Shown here piece after piece: positions 1 through 10,574 of a stretch of DNA of 64,000 nucleotides (positions are counted from its first letter, which is position 1; every line of letters begins with the position of its first letter). The translations under genes were made by a program, and so were the position numbers. The DNA is taken from assembly GCA_965223795.1 (NCBI GenBank), contig CBDCXL010000002.1, positions 2,688,001 to 2,752,000 on the forward strand, read 5' to 3'. The DNA is from Nitrospinales bacterium (GTDB lineage Bacteria > Nitrospinota > Nitrospinia > Nitrospinales > VA-1). A model generated the notes under the pieces. It was given only the letters and a program-made list of their open reading frames with translations. It was not told the origin of the DNA and did not search any database.

Positions 1-1910
1 GTTACTGCCTGAGCTACCGGGGCGTGGCGCGCGAGACGGCGGCGCTGCTGAATCTCCCCTTGAAGCTCGGCACGCCGGAGCTTGAGAAGCACTGGGGCGA
101 AACGCCGGTGGAAAAGGCGGTCACGGTGCTCAATCAGGAACCGGAGCTGTGCCCGCGCTACGCGGCGGTGGTGATCGAGAACGTGACGCCGGGGCCGTCG
201 CCAAAATGGCTCGCCGACCGGCTGACTTCGATCGGCCTGCGTCCCATCAACAACATCGTCGACATCACCAATTTCGTGATGATGGAATACGGCCAGCCGC
301 TGCACGCGTTCGACCGGGAGCTGCTCACCGACAAGGCCATCGTGATCCGGCGCGCCTATAATAACGAAGCGTTCACCAGCATCGACGGCACGAAGATGAC
401 GCTGAATGAGGACGCGCTGGTCATCGCCGACGCGAAAAGAGCGGTGGCGCTGGCGGGGATCATGGGCGGCGCCAACAGCGAAGTTTCCAACGACACCCGC
501 AACGTGGTTTTAGAGAGCGCCTGCTTCGATCCGGTGACGGTGCGCAAGGGCTCGAAGAAGTACGGGCTGCGCAGCGATTCCTCCTACCGCTTCGAGCGCG
601 GCGTGGACATCGACGGCGTGATCGAGGCGCAGGCGCGGGCGGCGCTGCTGATCAAGGAACTGGCGGGCGGCACCCTGTGCCGCGGCCGCATCGACGTGTA
701 CCCCAAGCCGCGCGCGGCAAATACCGTCGCGCTGCGGGTGGACCGGGTGAACCGGGTGCTGGGCACCGGATTGACTTCGGATACTCTGCGCGGTTATCTC
801 GACCGGCTGGGAATGCCGTGGCAGGAGAAAGCGGGCGATCTAACCGTGACGCTGCCGAGTTTCCGGCCGCAGCTTACAAGAGAAATCGACCTGATCGAGG
901 AAATCGCCCGGCTGCACGGCTACGACAACGTGGCGGTCACCTCGCCGCGGGCGGAAGTCTGCCCGGTGCGCTTCACGCGCAAAAAAGAAGGCACGCGCAC
1001 CGTCAAGGACACGCTGTCCAACCTGGGTTACGCGGAGACGATCCATTACAGCTTCATCGAGGAGAACGCCGCCAGCGATTTTCTGCCGGCGTTCGGCGGC
1101 AACGGCGCGCAGACGATCCCGATCAGCAACCCGCTCAGCAGCGAGTGGTCCACCATGCGGTCGAGCCTGCTGCCGGGATTGATCGCCACGGCGGCGCGCA
1201 ACGTGAGCAAAGGGCAGAAGCCGGTGCGCATCTTCGAAGTGGGGGAGGTGTTCTACCGCTCCGGGAAAAACGGACCGGCGGTGGAAACGACCTGCATCGC
1301 CGCGCTTTTGAGCGGCCAGCACGAAGCCCGCCTGTGGAAGGACCCGGCGAAGCACTATGATTATTTCGATCTCAAGGGCGCCCTGGAAACGCTGATGGCG
1401 CAATTCAAGGAACGGCTGGAATTTGCCGATGCGAAACGGCCGTTTCTGAGCGCGGGGAAATCCGTCGACCTTAAGCTCAACGGCGACACGGTGGGTTATC
1501 TCGGCGAACTGTCGCCGCAGTGGGGGCGCAAGTTCGGCCTGGAGCAGCCGGCGCTGGTGTTCGAGATCGATTTCGACGCGATGGTGGCGAAGCTGCCGGG
1601 ACCGCCGCGCTTTGAGCCGATCCCCAAGTTCCCCGGCGCTTACCGCGACATCTCCGTGCTGGTGGACCGGTCGGTGCCGTCTAAGGCCGTCCAGGACCTG
1701 ATCGCGCAAACGAGCGCGCCGCTTTTAGAGAGCGTGGACCTGTACGATCACTTCGAAGGAAAAAAAATCGCCGAGGGAAAAAAGAGTCTGACCTTCGCGC
1801 TGCGCTTTCAGTCGCAGGAGAAAACGCTCACCGATGATGAAGTGAACCCTGTGTTCGAAAAAATCGTCCAGGCGCTTTCCGAAAAACTGGGTGCGTCGCT
1901 CAGGCAATGA
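1..1910 (+). CDS. pheT: Phenylalanine--tRNA ligase beta subunit, 5'-truncated by the window edge
   Basis: Frame is open from position 3 (YCLSYRGVARE). B3/4 motifs RPINNIVDITN, GQPLHAFD and RFERGVD; B5 motif REIDLIEEIARLHGY; C-terminal anticodon-binding domain (RDISVLV...KKSLTF...TLTDDEV). Confidence 0.97.
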   Translation, partial: YCLSYRGVARETAALLNLPLKLGTPELEKHWGETPVEKAVTVLNQEPELCPRYAAVVIENVTPGPSPKWLADRLTSIGLRPINNIVDITNFVMMEYGQPLHAFDRELLTDKAIVIRRAYNNEAFTSIDGTKMTLNEDALVIADAKRAVALAGIMGGANSEVSNDTRNVVLESACFDPVTVRKGSKKYGLRSDSSYRFERGVDIDGVIEAQARAALLIKELAGGTLCRGRIDVYPKPRAANTVALRVDRVNRVLGTGLTSDTLRGYLDRLGMPWQEKAGDLTVTLPSFRPQLTREIDLIEEIARLHGYDNVAVTSPRAEVCPVRFTRKKEGTRTVKDTLSNLGYAETIHYSFIEENAASDFLPAFGGNGAQTIPISNPLSSEWSTMRSSLLPGLIATAARNVSKGQKPVRIFEVGEVFYRSGKNGPAVETTCIAALLSGQHEARLWKDPAKHYDYFDLKGALETLMAQFKERLEFADAKRPFLSAGKSVDLKLNGDTVGYLGELSPQWGRKFGLEQPALVFEIDFDAMVAKLPGPPRFEPIPKFPGAYRDISVLVDRSVPSKAVQDLIAQTSAPLLESVDLYDHFEGKKIAEGKKSLTFALRFQSQEKTLTDDEVNPVFEKIVQALSEKLGASLRQ

Positions 1911-1966
1911 CAATATTTAAAAATCCCTTCATGAGTTGGACGGACAAAAAAAGGGATGTTCGCACT

Positions 1967-2022
1967 GTCTCCCTGAACTCGTTGAAGGGGGCTGCATCCT
2001 GCTTAGACCGGCTCCGCGTCAA
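1967..2022 (-). repeat. Degenerate copy of REP-like palindromic repeat family A
   Basis: Aligns without gaps to the reverse complement of 47838-47893 (41 of 56 positions identical by manual count). Confidence 0.7.
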
Positions 2023-2062
2023 TGATAAGAGAACATGCCAAAGTTCTTTCACGGGTTGATCA

Positions 2063-2091
2063 TTGACACCTCATAATGCCGGTGCTACGAT
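2063..2091 (+). promoter_or_regulatory. Sigma-70 promoter for the zapB-like/zapA genes
   Basis: TTGACA (2063-2068), 17-nt spacer, TACGAT (2086-2091), preceded by an extended -10 TG. Confidence 0.75.
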
Positions 2092-2097
2092 TCTGAT

Positions 2098-2376
2098 ATG
2101 AAAGCGGAAAAGATTGAAAAATTGTCTTTCCTGGTCACATCCATCGTCGAAGAACTGCATCAGCTCAAAACCGAAAACCAGAAATTGAACGAACGGATCC
2201 TGGAACTCGATCAACAGTACCAGGCCGCGCACGCCGTCCAGGAGCAGGCCGAAAAGGAGCTGGGAGTTCTCGGCAACCTGAGAGCGATGAACCAGAAGAT
2301 GGAGAAAGATCAAACCCTGATCCGCGCCAAGGTGCAGACCATTCTGAACGATCTCAAGCAGATGGACTGCTCCTGA
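2098..2376 (+). CDS. Small coiled-coil protein, ZapB-like cell division protein
   Basis: 92 aa, heptad-rich (LHQLKTENQKLNERILEL...IRAKVQTILNDL), in the usual position between pheT and zapA. Confidence 0.7.
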   Translation: MKAEKIEKLSFLVTSIVEELHQLKTENQKLNERILELDQQYQAAHAVQEQAEKELGVLGNLRAMNQKMEKDQTLIRAKVQTILNDLKQMDCS

Positions 2377-2427
2377 ACTTGCCCGAGCCGGACGAACGCC
2401 GGATGCCCGGCCCCACTCACCACCACG

Positions 2428-2721
2428 ATGAATTCAAGCACAGAGATCAAAGTGCACGGCAAGACCTACCGCATTAAAAGCGGTTCGTTCTCCGTGGACC
2501 CGCAACAGGTCGCCAACCTGGTCGATTCCAAGATGCGCGAACTTTCCGGCCCGAGCGGCGGCACGTCCACGCAGGATCTCGCGGTGCTGACCGCGCTCAA
2601 TATTGCGCACGATTATCTGGAACTGCGGCGCAAGATGGCGGAGACGGAAACGTCCGATGAAACGCAGCTTGACCGGCTCATCGCCATCGTGGAAAAAGAG
2701 GTTGAAAAGATTAAATCCTGA
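2428..2721 (+). CDS. zapA: Cell division protein ZapA
   Basis: IKVHGKTYRI, VANLVDSKMREL and LAVLTALNIAHDY match the ZapA pattern; synteny with 6S RNA and ygfA. Confidence 0.9.
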   Translation: MNSSTEIKVHGKTYRIKSGSFSVDPQQVANLVDSKMRELSGPSGGTSTQDLAVLTALNIAHDYLELRRKMAETETSDETQLDRLIAIVEKEVEKIKS

Positions 2722-2745
2722 GCGTTTTCGCGGTTTGAATAATTC

Positions 2746-2774
2746 TTGAGAGGCCGGGGTGTTTGTGATAGGAT
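2746..2774 (+). promoter_or_regulatory. Putative sigma-70 promoter of 6S RNA
   Basis: TTGAGA, 17-nt spacer, TAGGAT with extended -10 TG, about 25 nt upstream of the 6S terminal stem. Confidence 0.55.
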
Positions 2775-2798
2775 TGGGGTAAGAAAAAGAAAAAGGTC

Positions 2799-2977
2799 GC
2801 TTCCCTGTTATGTGCGTATAAGAATTGTATTTTTTGAGCCAACATTTTGTAAAAGGGGTTGATGAATCTGTTGCGGTGAGCAGGCCTTTCACGAGGAAGC
2901 CTAAAGCAGCATACGGATACCCCACCTGTCCTTGACAGGTTCAAAAAATGGTTTTTGTACGGCATGAACGGGGAAGC
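2799..2977 (+). ncRNA. ssrS: 6S RNA
   Basis: About 180-nt self-complementary rod. 5' GCTTCCCTGTTATGTGCGTATAAGAA pairs with 3' TTTTGTACGGCATGAACGGGGAAGC. 6S-like motifs TGAGCCAA, GAAGCCTAAA and CCCACCT...GGTTCAA. Canonical zapA-ssrS-ygfA location. Confidence 0.9.
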
Positions 2978-3515
2978 TTCTTTTTGCAGTGAACGTGCAA
3001 AGGGGCTGAAACGGCCAATTGCGAACGGTATGATGACAGCGGGGACATTGGCAGCGCTGATTGTGGATTGGGTGTCGCGCTTGTTCGCGATGCCATCGAC
3101 GGCTGGAAGTATTTTGCGGAGCGACGATTCTGAACGGAACCTGGGTTCCGTTTTTCGTGATAATTGGTTTATCGGTTCTTTTGATTCATCCCGCCTGAAT
3201 GTCCGGGGAGGTCTTATGCCTCTTCGCGTGCCATCCGTTCACCGCCCCCGCAGATCGTATCCCTTCTGAAGCAGTCCGTTTTACCGGTTCCATTTCCGGT
3301 GATTTCACCTCCTTGGCCCGATTCGTCTTTACCCCGCGCAACGTGAATTTTTGAGCGAAAATGAGTGCCTGGAGGCGGATTTTCGCGTTTCAGGGCGAAA
3401 AACGCCCCCAAAAGCCGCAGATTCAGGTAAAAGCTCTTTTAATTCAGGCGCTTATTTAGTAAGTTCGAATAGGGCCGGTGCGCGCCGGACTCAACCGCAA
3501 TCCCCGGATGCCCTT

Positions 3516-4097
3516 GTGACGTCCATCAAGGAGAGGAAAGCTGCGATCCGCTCGGAAATGAAGCGGATGCGCAAGCGGCAAAACCCGGAAACCGTGCGGA
3601 CAAAAAGCCGCGCGATCGCGCAGAGGCTTTTCGGGCTCGACGCGTTTGTGGCGAGCCGGAACCTTCTTATATATATGTCGCTTCCCGGTGAAGTGCAGAC
3701 CGGGGACATGATTAAGGAAGCCCTCGATCTTGGAAAGCGGGTCTGTGTTCCCGTTCTCGCCGAAGGCGGCAGGCTCGATGTGTCGGAGATCCAGAGCCTG
3801 GATCTGGATTTTGCGGTGCGCGCGCTGGGCGTGCGGGAACCCAAAGATTCCGATCGCATCGCGGTGGACCCGAAGCTTCTGGATTGCATCGTCATTCCGG
3901 GGCTGGCGTTCGATGCGCAAGGCGGACGGATCGGTTTCGGCGCCGGTTATTTCGACCGGTTTCTGGCCGGGGTTCCCAAAACGGCGCAGCGGGTGGCGCT
4001 GGCGTTCGACTTTCAAATCCTGGAGTCGCTGCCGCAAACCCCGCAGGATGTTCCGGTGCACTGCATTTTGACGGAGACTACCACCATAAACTGCTGA
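3516..4097 (+). CDS. ygfA: 5-formyltetrahydrofolate cyclo-ligase
   Basis: KAAIRSEMKRMR at the N-terminus, then GKRVCVP, IVIPGLAFD..GGRIGFGAGYFDRFL and DVPVHCILTE. Start moved to GTG 3516; the ORF-track start at 3351 looks too long. Confidence 0.92.
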   Translation: MTSIKERKAAIRSEMKRMRKRQNPETVRTKSRAIAQRLFGLDAFVASRNLLIYMSLPGEVQTGDMIKEALDLGKRVCVPVLAEGGRLDVSEIQSLDLDFAVRALGVREPKDSDRIAVDPKLLDCIVIPGLAFDAQGGRIGFGAGYFDRFLAGVPKTAQRVALAFDFQILESLPQTPQDVPVHCILTETTTINC

Positions 4098-4145
4098 ACC
4101 CGAGAACGGGTTGAGGGGTTTATTTCATATAGAAAGGTCAGGGAA

Positions 4146-5732
4146 ATGGATTTTTTCCTCAATGTGAATGTCAATTTCATCACCCTGCTTGTGGGGATGT
4201 TCGTCGCCCTTGTGGCGGGTTATATCGCGGGTTATTTTCTCCGCAAACTGCTCACCCAGTACCAGATCAAGGAAGCCGAGGAAGCCAGGCAGAAAATCCT
4301 GCGCGACGCGGAGGATGAGGCTAAAAACCGCCTCAAAACCGCGGAGATCGAAGCACGGGAAAAACAGCTGGCCGCGAAAAGCGAATTCGACCGCGAGATG
4401 AAGGCGCGGCAGGACGAGCTGCGCCAGCAGGAGATGAAGCTCATTAAAAAGGACGAATCGATCCGCCAGGAGTCGGACCGGGTGCGCGGCCGCGAACGGG
4501 AAGTGGACAAGCAGTTGAGCCAGCTGTCCTCCCGCGAAGATATGGTGAAGCAGGAAAAGGAAAAATACGAAAAGTTGATCCAGGAGGAGCTGTCCAAGCT
4601 GGAAGGGATCAGCTCCTTCACCGCCGAGCAGGCGAAAGAGGAGATCAAAAAGAAGATCCTCGACGAGGCCAAGATGGACGCGGCCCGCGAGGTGAAAAAG
4701 ATCGAAGAGAAGGCCAAGTCCACCGCCGAGGAGGAGGCGCGCAAGCTGATCACCATGGCGGTGCAGCGGATCGCCTCCGATCACGTGGCGGAAAGCACGG
4801 TGTCGGTCGTGGAGCTGCCGAACGACGAGATCAAGGGCCGCATCATCGGCCGCGAAGGCAGGAACATCCGCGCTTTGGAGCAGTGCACCGGGGTCGATCT
4901 GATCATCGACGACACGCCGGGCGCGGTGGTGCTTTCCGGCTTCGATTCCATCCGCCGGGAAGTGGCCAGACGCTCGCTGGAAAAGCTCACGCAGGACGGC
5001 CGCATCCACCCGGGGCGCATCGAGGATGTGGTCAAAAAATGCCAGAAGGAAGTCACCCAGCAGATCAAGGAAGCCGGCGAGCAGGCGATTCTGGACGTGG
5101 AGATCGACAACGTGCATCCGGACATGGCCCGGCTTTTGGGCCGGTTGAAATACCGCACGAGCTACACCCAGAACGTGCTCGAGCACGTCAAGGAAGTGTC
5201 CTGGATCTGCGGCACAATCGCCGCGGAGCTGGGGCTCGATGTGATGCTCGCGAAAAGGGCGGGGCTGTTGCACGACATCGGCAAGGCCATCGACCACCAG
5301 ACCGACGGCACCCACACGCAGCTGGGCGTCGAGGTGGCCAAGCGCTACAACGAGCACAAATATGTGGTCAACGCCATTGCCGCGCACCACGAGGACGTGG
5401 AGCCCGAGTCGATGTACGCGGTGCTGGTGGCGGCGGCGGACACGATTTCCGCTTCCCGGCCGGGCGCCCGGCGCGAGATGCTGGAAACCTACGTCAAGCG
5501 CATGTCCAAGCTCGAGGAGATCGGCGACTCCTACAAGGGCGTCGAGAAGACTTACGCCATCCAGGCGGGACGGGAGGTGCGCATCATCGTCGTTCCCGAC
5601 GGGATCACCGACGAGGAATCGCATCTGCTGGCGCGGGACGTGGCGAAACGCATCGAGAAGGAAGTCACCTATCCGGGGGAAATCAAGATCACCGTTGTCC
5701 GCGAGCGGCGCTTCACGGAAATCGCCCGCTGA
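4146..5732 (+). CDS. rny: Ribonuclease Y
   Basis: N-terminal TM helix, coiled coil, KH domain (KGRIIGREGRNIR), HD domain (LLHDIGKA) and YAIQAGREVR. Confidence 0.97.
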   Translation: MDFFLNVNVNFITLLVGMFVALVAGYIAGYFLRKLLTQYQIKEAEEARQKILRDAEDEAKNRLKTAEIEAREKQLAAKSEFDREMKARQDELRQQEMKLIKKDESIRQESDRVRGREREVDKQLSQLSSREDMVKQEKEKYEKLIQEELSKLEGISSFTAEQAKEEIKKKILDEAKMDAAREVKKIEEKAKSTAEEEARKLITMAVQRIASDHVAESTVSVVELPNDEIKGRIIGREGRNIRALEQCTGVDLIIDDTPGAVVLSGFDSIRREVARRSLEKLTQDGRIHPGRIEDVVKKCQKEVTQQIKEAGEQAILDVEIDNVHPDMARLLGRLKYRTSYTQNVLEHVKEVSWICGTIAAELGLDVMLAKRAGLLHDIGKAIDHQTDGTHTQLGVEVAKRYNEHKYVVNAIAAHHEDVEPESMYAVLVAAADTISASRPGARREMLETYVKRMSKLEEIGDSYKGVEKTYAIQAGREVRIIVVPDGITDEESHLLARDVAKRIEKEVTYPGEIKITVVRERRFTEIAR

Positions 5733-5809
5733 CGGGCCCCTTACCTTAAACCGGGCCGGAGCGATCCGGCCCTCCTGCAGGATCGCGGATCGAATCCGCG
5801 TGCCGGTAC

Positions 5810-7345
5810 ATGGAAGATTCAGGTCAACTCATCAAGCAGCGGCGGGAAAAAGTGGACGAGCTGAAATCCCAGGGGATTTCGCTGTTCAACAACCGCTTCA
5901 AGGTCGACGCCGCCATCGGCAGCCTCATCGACAAGCATTCAGAGCAAACGAAAGAAGAGCTGGATGCGCTGGGCGCGCAGCACACCCTCTCCGGACGGGT
6001 GATGACCCGGCGCAAGCACGGCAAGACCACGTTCGTCCACATCCAGGACGGTTCCGGCCGCATCCAGGTGTATGTGAAAAAGGACGACATCGGCGCCGAT
6101 GCCTACGAGCTGTTCAGCAAGTTCGACATCGGCGATTTCGTCGGCGTGTCCGGCAAATTGTCGAAAACCCGCACCGGCGAGCTGACGCTGTTCGCGAAGG
6201 AAGTGCACCTGGTCACCAAGTCGCTGTTGCCGCTGCCGGAGAAATGGCACGGTCTCAAGGACATCGAGCTGCGCTACCGCCAGCGCTACGTGGATCTGAT
6301 CGTCAACCCGGAGGTGAAGCAGATCTTCATCCACCGGAGCCGCATCATCCAGGCGATCCGCCGGTTTCTCGACGAGCGCGATTACCTGGAAGTGGAGACG
6401 CCGATGATGCAGTCCATCCCCGGCGGCGCCACGGCCAAGCCGTTCAAGACCCATCACAACGCCCTCAACATGGAGCTTTATCTGCGCGTCGCGCCGGAGT
6501 TGTATTTGAAACGGCTGGTGGTGGGCGGCATGGAACGGGTGTTCGAGATCAACCGCAACTTCCGCAACGAGGGCATCTCGACCGAGCACAATCCCGAGTT
6601 CACGATGCTGGAGTTTTACACGGCCTACGCCGACTACATCGACCTGATGGACCTGACGGAAGAGATGTTCCGCTACATCGGCGAGACGGTGTTCGGCACC
6701 CTTCAGTTTGAGTACACGCACAAGGCCGGCGGCGAAGAGGTGAACGATGCGTTCGATTTTTCCCAGCCCTTCAAGCGCATCCCGTTCAAGCAGTCGCTGG
6801 TTGAGATCGGCGGCGTGCCGCAGGAAGCCGTCGACGATCCCGGCAAGGCCGCGGCCTACGCGCTGGATCATAAAGTCGCGCTGGAGAAAAAAGACATCCA
6901 CGAAAAAATCCTGGCCAAACTGTTCGATTATTTCGTGGAGCCCAAACTGATCCAGCCGACGTTCATCACCGACTACCCGTTGGCGCTGTCGCCGCTGTCG
7001 CAGCGCAAAAAAGACGACCCGGCGCTGGTGGAGCGGTTCGAGCTGTTCGTCGGCCGCAAGGAGATCGCCAACGCCTACACCGAGCTCAACGACCCGATCG
7101 ACCAGAAGCAGCGGTTCGAGCAGCAGGTGGCGGAGCGGCAGGCGGGAGACGAAGAGGCGCACTGGATGGACCACGACTTCGTGCGCGCGCTGGAATACGG
7201 CATGCCGCCGACGGCCGGGGAGGGCATCGGCATCGACCGGCTGACGATGCTGTTCACCAACTCGCAGTCCATCCGCGATGTCATCCTGTTCCCGCAGCTT
7301 AAAAAAGAAGCGTCCCAAGGCGATGGAAAAGGGGTGGACCGTTGA
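5810..7345 (+). CDS. lysS: Lysine--tRNA ligase (class II)
   Basis: [37 protein letters not shown]...HNPEFTMLE and [16 protein letters not shown]. Confidence 0.98.
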   Translation: MEDSGQLIKQRREKVDELKSQGISLFNNRFKVDAAIGSLIDKHSEQTKEELDALGAQHTLSGRVMTRRKHGKTTFVHIQDGSGRIQVYVKKDDIGADAYELFSKFDIGDFVGVSGKLSKTRTGELTLFAKEVHLVTKSLLPLPEKWHGLKDIELRYRQRYVDLIVNPEVKQIFIHRSRIIQAIRRFLDERDYLEVETPMMQSIPGGATAKPFKTHHNALNMELYLRVAPELYLKRLVVGGMERVFEINRNFRNEGISTEHNPEFTMLEFYTAYADYIDLMDLTEEMFRYIGETVFGTLQFEYTHKAGGEEVNDAFDFSQPFKRIPFKQSLVEIGGVPQEAVDDPGKAAAYALDHKVALEKKDIHEKILAKLFDYFVEPKLIQPTFITDYPLALSPLSQRKKDDPALVERFELFVGRKEIANAYTELNDPIDQKQRFEQQVAERQAGDEEAHWMDHDFVRALEYGMPPTAGEGIGIDRLTMLFTNSQSIRDVILFPQLKKEASQGDGKGVDR

Positions 7346-7426
7346 CGGCGGCGTTCGTTTAAAAAATTCTCATCCGGTCCGTGATGCCTGCCGGCCGGCG
7401 CTTTCTTTTTCATAGGACATTCCCGC

Positions 7427-8710
7427 ATGGCTTACGAATTGTTCGTCAGTCTCAGGCACCTGCGCGCCAAGCGCACGCAGAAGTTCATCTCCCTCAACAC
7501 CTGGATCTCCATCGGCGGCGTGGCGCTCGGCGTCATGGCGCTGATCGTCGTCATCGCCGTCATGTCCGGCTTCGGCAAGGACCTGCGCGACAAAATCCTC
7601 GGCACCAACAGCCACGCAGTGGTGACCAACGTGCACCGCACCGGCATGGAAAACTTCGAGGTGATCGTCGATCAGATCAAGGCGTTTCCGGGTGTGGTGA
7701 GCGCGGCGCCGTTCATCATGAACCAGGTGATGGTGACGTTCGGCGACACGGTGTCGGGCATCGTGGTGCGCGGCGTCGATCCCACCCGCGAGAAAGGGGT
7801 CTCGGACCTGGAGAAAAACCTGAAACGCGGCGACCTGGAATTTTTAAAGGCGGAAATGAAGGCCGCCGCCTCGGAAGCAATCGAATCGCCGGCGCGGGCG
7901 GGGGTGATCCTCGGTCAGGAGCTCGCCCTGCGCATGGGCGTGACGATGGGCGATGTGGTGTCGATGGTGTCCCCGGCGTCGCGCATCACGCCGGTCGGGC
8001 TGATCCCCAAGATGAAGCTGTTTGAGGTCAAGGGGATCTTTCAGTCGGGCATGTACGAATACGATTCCAACCTGGCGTTCGTCTCCATCCCGGCGGCGCA
8101 GAGCTTTTTCTCGATGCGGGGCAAGGTGACGGGGGTGGAGGTCTGGGTGGAGGACATCGAGCAGGCGGCGGTGATCGCCACCGATATCCAGAAAAAGCTC
8201 GGCTTTCCCTATTACGTGAAAGACTGGATGCGCATGAACAAGAATCTGTTTTCCGCGCTGAAGCTGGAAAAGATCGTCATGTTCATCATCCTCATCCTCA
8301 TCATCCTGGTGGCGGCGTTCAACATCATCAGCACGCTGTTCATGGTGGTGATGGAAAAGACCAAGGAGATCGCCATTTTAAAGTCGATGGGAGCGACGAG
8401 CCAGAGCATCGTCAAGATATTCAGCTTTCAGGGGCTGTTCATCGGGCTCATCGGCACCGCGCTCGGCTGCGCGCTCGGGTTCACCATCGTGCCGAACCTC
8501 AACCAGATCGTGGGCGGCATCGAGCAGATCTTCGGCATCACCGCGTTTCCCGGCAACGTGTACTACCTTGACAAGCTGCCCGACGACATCCAGTGGATGG
8601 ATTCGCTGCTGATCGTGGTCTTTTCCATCATCATCTGTTTTGTGGCCTCGCTGTATCCCGCCTGGCGGGCGTCCCGGCTCAACCCGGTGGATGGGCTCCG
8701 CTATGAATGA
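7427..8710 (+). CDS. lolE: Lipoprotein-releasing ABC transporter permease (LolC/E family)
   Basis: GVALGVMALIVVIAVMSGF, SGMYEYDS, VAAFNII...EKTKEIAILKSMGA and LYPAWRASRLNP; directly upstream of lolD. Confidence 0.93.
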   Translation: MAYELFVSLRHLRAKRTQKFISLNTWISIGGVALGVMALIVVIAVMSGFGKDLRDKILGTNSHAVVTNVHRTGMENFEVIVDQIKAFPGVVSAAPFIMNQVMVTFGDTVSGIVVRGVDPTREKGVSDLEKNLKRGDLEFLKAEMKAAASEAIESPARAGVILGQELALRMGVTMGDVVSMVSPASRITPVGLIPKMKLFEVKGIFQSGMYEYDSNLAFVSIPAAQSFFSMRGKVTGVEVWVEDIEQAAVIATDIQKKLGFPYYVKDWMRMNKNLFSALKLEKIVMFIILILIILVAAFNIISTLFMVVMEKTKEIAILKSMGATSQSIVKIFSFQGLFIGLIGTALGCALGFTIVPNLNQIVGGIEQIFGITAFPGNVYYLDKLPDDIQWMDSLLIVVFSIIICFVASLYPAWRASRLNPVDGLRYE

Positions 8711-9425
8711 CACCGCGCCCGCCACCGTGAAAGACCGCATCCTCGAAGGGGTGGGGGTGCACAAAAGCTACAAGACCAAGCGGGAGACGCTGCACGTGCT
8801 TGCGGGCGCGAACATGCAGGTGCGCACCGGCGAGGTGCTGGGCATCGTCGGCGCTTCCGGCGTGGGCAAGAGCACGCTGCTGCACGTGCTGGGCGGGCTG
8901 GACCGTCCCGATTCGGGCAAGATCCTGTTTCGCGGGGTGGAGATCTACAGCAAGAACAGCGGCTACCTGGACAAGTTCCGCAATCTCAAGGTGGGGTTCG
9001 TGTTCCAGTTTTTCAATCTGCTGCCGGATTTCACGGCGCTGGAGAACGCCATGTTCCCGGCGCTGATCCGCGACGCCAACAAAAAGACCGCCCAGGAACG
9101 GGCGGAAAAACTGCTGGCGCAGGTGGGGCTCAAGGACCGGATGCACCACAAGCCGGGCGAGCTTTCCGGCGGCGAGAGCCAGCGGGTGGCGCTGGCGCGC
9201 TCGCTGATGAACCAGCCCGACCTGCTGCTTGCGGACGAGCCGACGGGCAACCTGGATGCGCACGCGAGCGACGCGCTGATCGATCTGATCCGCAAACTGA
9301 ACGCGGAGTTCAACCAGACGTTCGTGATCGTGACCCACAGCCAGCGGGTCGCCGGGAAAATGGACCGCGTGCTGCAGCTCAAGGACGGCAAGGTCGCGCC
9401 CATCGACCGGGAACTGATCATCTGA
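8703..9425 (+). CDS. lolD: Lipoprotein-releasing ABC transporter ATPase
   Basis: Walker A GASGVGKS, signature LSGGESQRVALAR, Walker B LLLADEPTGNLD. ATG at 8703 overlaps the end of the permease gene. Confidence 0.93.
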   Translation: MNDTAPATVKDRILEGVGVHKSYKTKRETLHVLAGANMQVRTGEVLGIVGASGVGKSTLLHVLGGLDRPDSGKILFRGVEIYSKNSGYLDKFRNLKVGFVFQFFNLLPDFTALENAMFPALIRDANKKTAQERAEKLLAQVGLKDRMHHKPGELSGGESQRVALARSLMNQPDLLLADEPTGNLDAHASDALIDLIRKLNAEFNQTFVIVTHSQRVAGKMDRVLQLKDGKVAPIDRELII

Positions 9426-9491
9426 GCCCATCCGGCCACTTCCCGGGCGGACGGATTGCATCCCTCCAAAGTCTCGTACGAAGGAATCGTC

Positions 9492-10523
9492 ATGAATCTT
9501 GAAAAAATCACGGCGCTGGTGGGCGGCACGTTGAACGGCGACGCTTCGATTGAGATCACAGCACTCAACGGCATCGCGGAAGCGGGCCCGGGGCAGCTCA
9601 CCTACGTCGCGCAGCGCAAATACTTAAAGCGGCTCGCCGAATCCAAAGCGTCGGCGGTGCTGGTGAGCGAAGCGGTTAATGCGCCCTGCGCGCAGATCGT
9701 GGTGCGCAACCCGGCGCTGGCGTTCGCAAGGCTGCTGCACGAATTTCATCCGGCAAAACGGCCCGCGGCGGGCGTGGACGCGCGCGCTGTCGTCGGCAAG
9801 GATGTGCGGCTGGGAGAAAACGTAGTCGTGTCGCAATTCGTCTCGATCGGCGATGGCACGAAAATCGGTGACAACACGGTGCTGCATCCCGGCGTCGTGG
9901 TCGGTGAAAATTGCACGCTCGGCGCCAACTGCGTCCTGCATGCCAGCGTCACGCTGTATCCCGGGACGGTGCTGGGCGAAAACGTGATCCTGCATGCGGG
10001 GGTGGTCATCGGTGCGGACGGGTTCGGTTACACGCCCGATGAAAAAATGGAACACTTCAAGATCCCGCAGGTCGGCAACGTGGTGATCGAGGACGATGTC
10101 GAGATCGGCGCCAATTCCTGCGTCGACCGGGCGGCGCTGGGAACCACCCGGGTCAAGCGGGGGACCAAGATCGACAACCTGGTGCAGATCGCGCACAACT
10201 GCACGGTGGGCGAGCATTCCATTCTGGTCGCCCAATCGGGCGTGGCGGGAAGCAGCGATCTGGGGCGTTACGTGGTGCTCGCCGGGCAGGCGGGCGTGGC
10301 CGATCATGTGACCGTCGGCGACCAGGCGATTCTGACCGCCCGGGCCGGAACCTTCCGCAATCTGGACGGCGGGCAGGCCTACGGCGGCAATCCCGCGATT
10401 CCGCTCAGCGAATGGAAGCGCTATGTCACCCTGTTTCCCCGGCTGCCCGAAATGGCCCGAAAAATGAAGGATCTGGAATCCCGCCTCGAGGCGATGGAAA
10501 AAAAACGCCCGCAGGAGCCCTAA
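9492..10523 (+). CDS. lpxD: UDP-3-O-acylglucosamine N-acyltransferase
   Basis: Hexapeptide repeats, IGADGFGY, KIPQVGNV, EIGANSCVDR and KIDNLVQIAHN. Start set at ATG 9492. Confidence 0.96.
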   Translation: MNLEKITALVGGTLNGDASIEITALNGIAEAGPGQLTYVAQRKYLKRLAESKASAVLVSEAVNAPCAQIVVRNPALAFARLLHEFHPAKRPAAGVDARAVVGKDVRLGENVVVSQFVSIGDGTKIGDNTVLHPGVVVGENCTLGANCVLHASVTLYPGTVLGENVILHAGVVIGADGFGYTPDEKMEHFKIPQVGNVVIEDDVEIGANSCVDRAALGTTRVKRGTKIDNLVQIAHNCTVGEHSILVAQSGVAGSSDLGRYVVLAGQAGVADHVTVGDQAILTARAGTFRNLDGGQAYGGNPAIPLSEWKRYVTLFPRLPEMARKMKDLESRLEAMEKKRPQEP

Positions 10524-10574
10524 ACGATTGCAATCAAACCGTTTTCAAAAATTGCGGAAGCATGTGCAAGACAA

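Noticed and set aside
2955..3269. 104-aa ORF after the 6S RNA
   Set aside because: It begins inside the 6S terminal stem and has no SD or recognisable motif.
3351..3515. 55-aa N-terminal extension of ygfA in the ORF track
   Set aside because: Low-complexity sequence before the family's normal start; GTG 3516 fits better.
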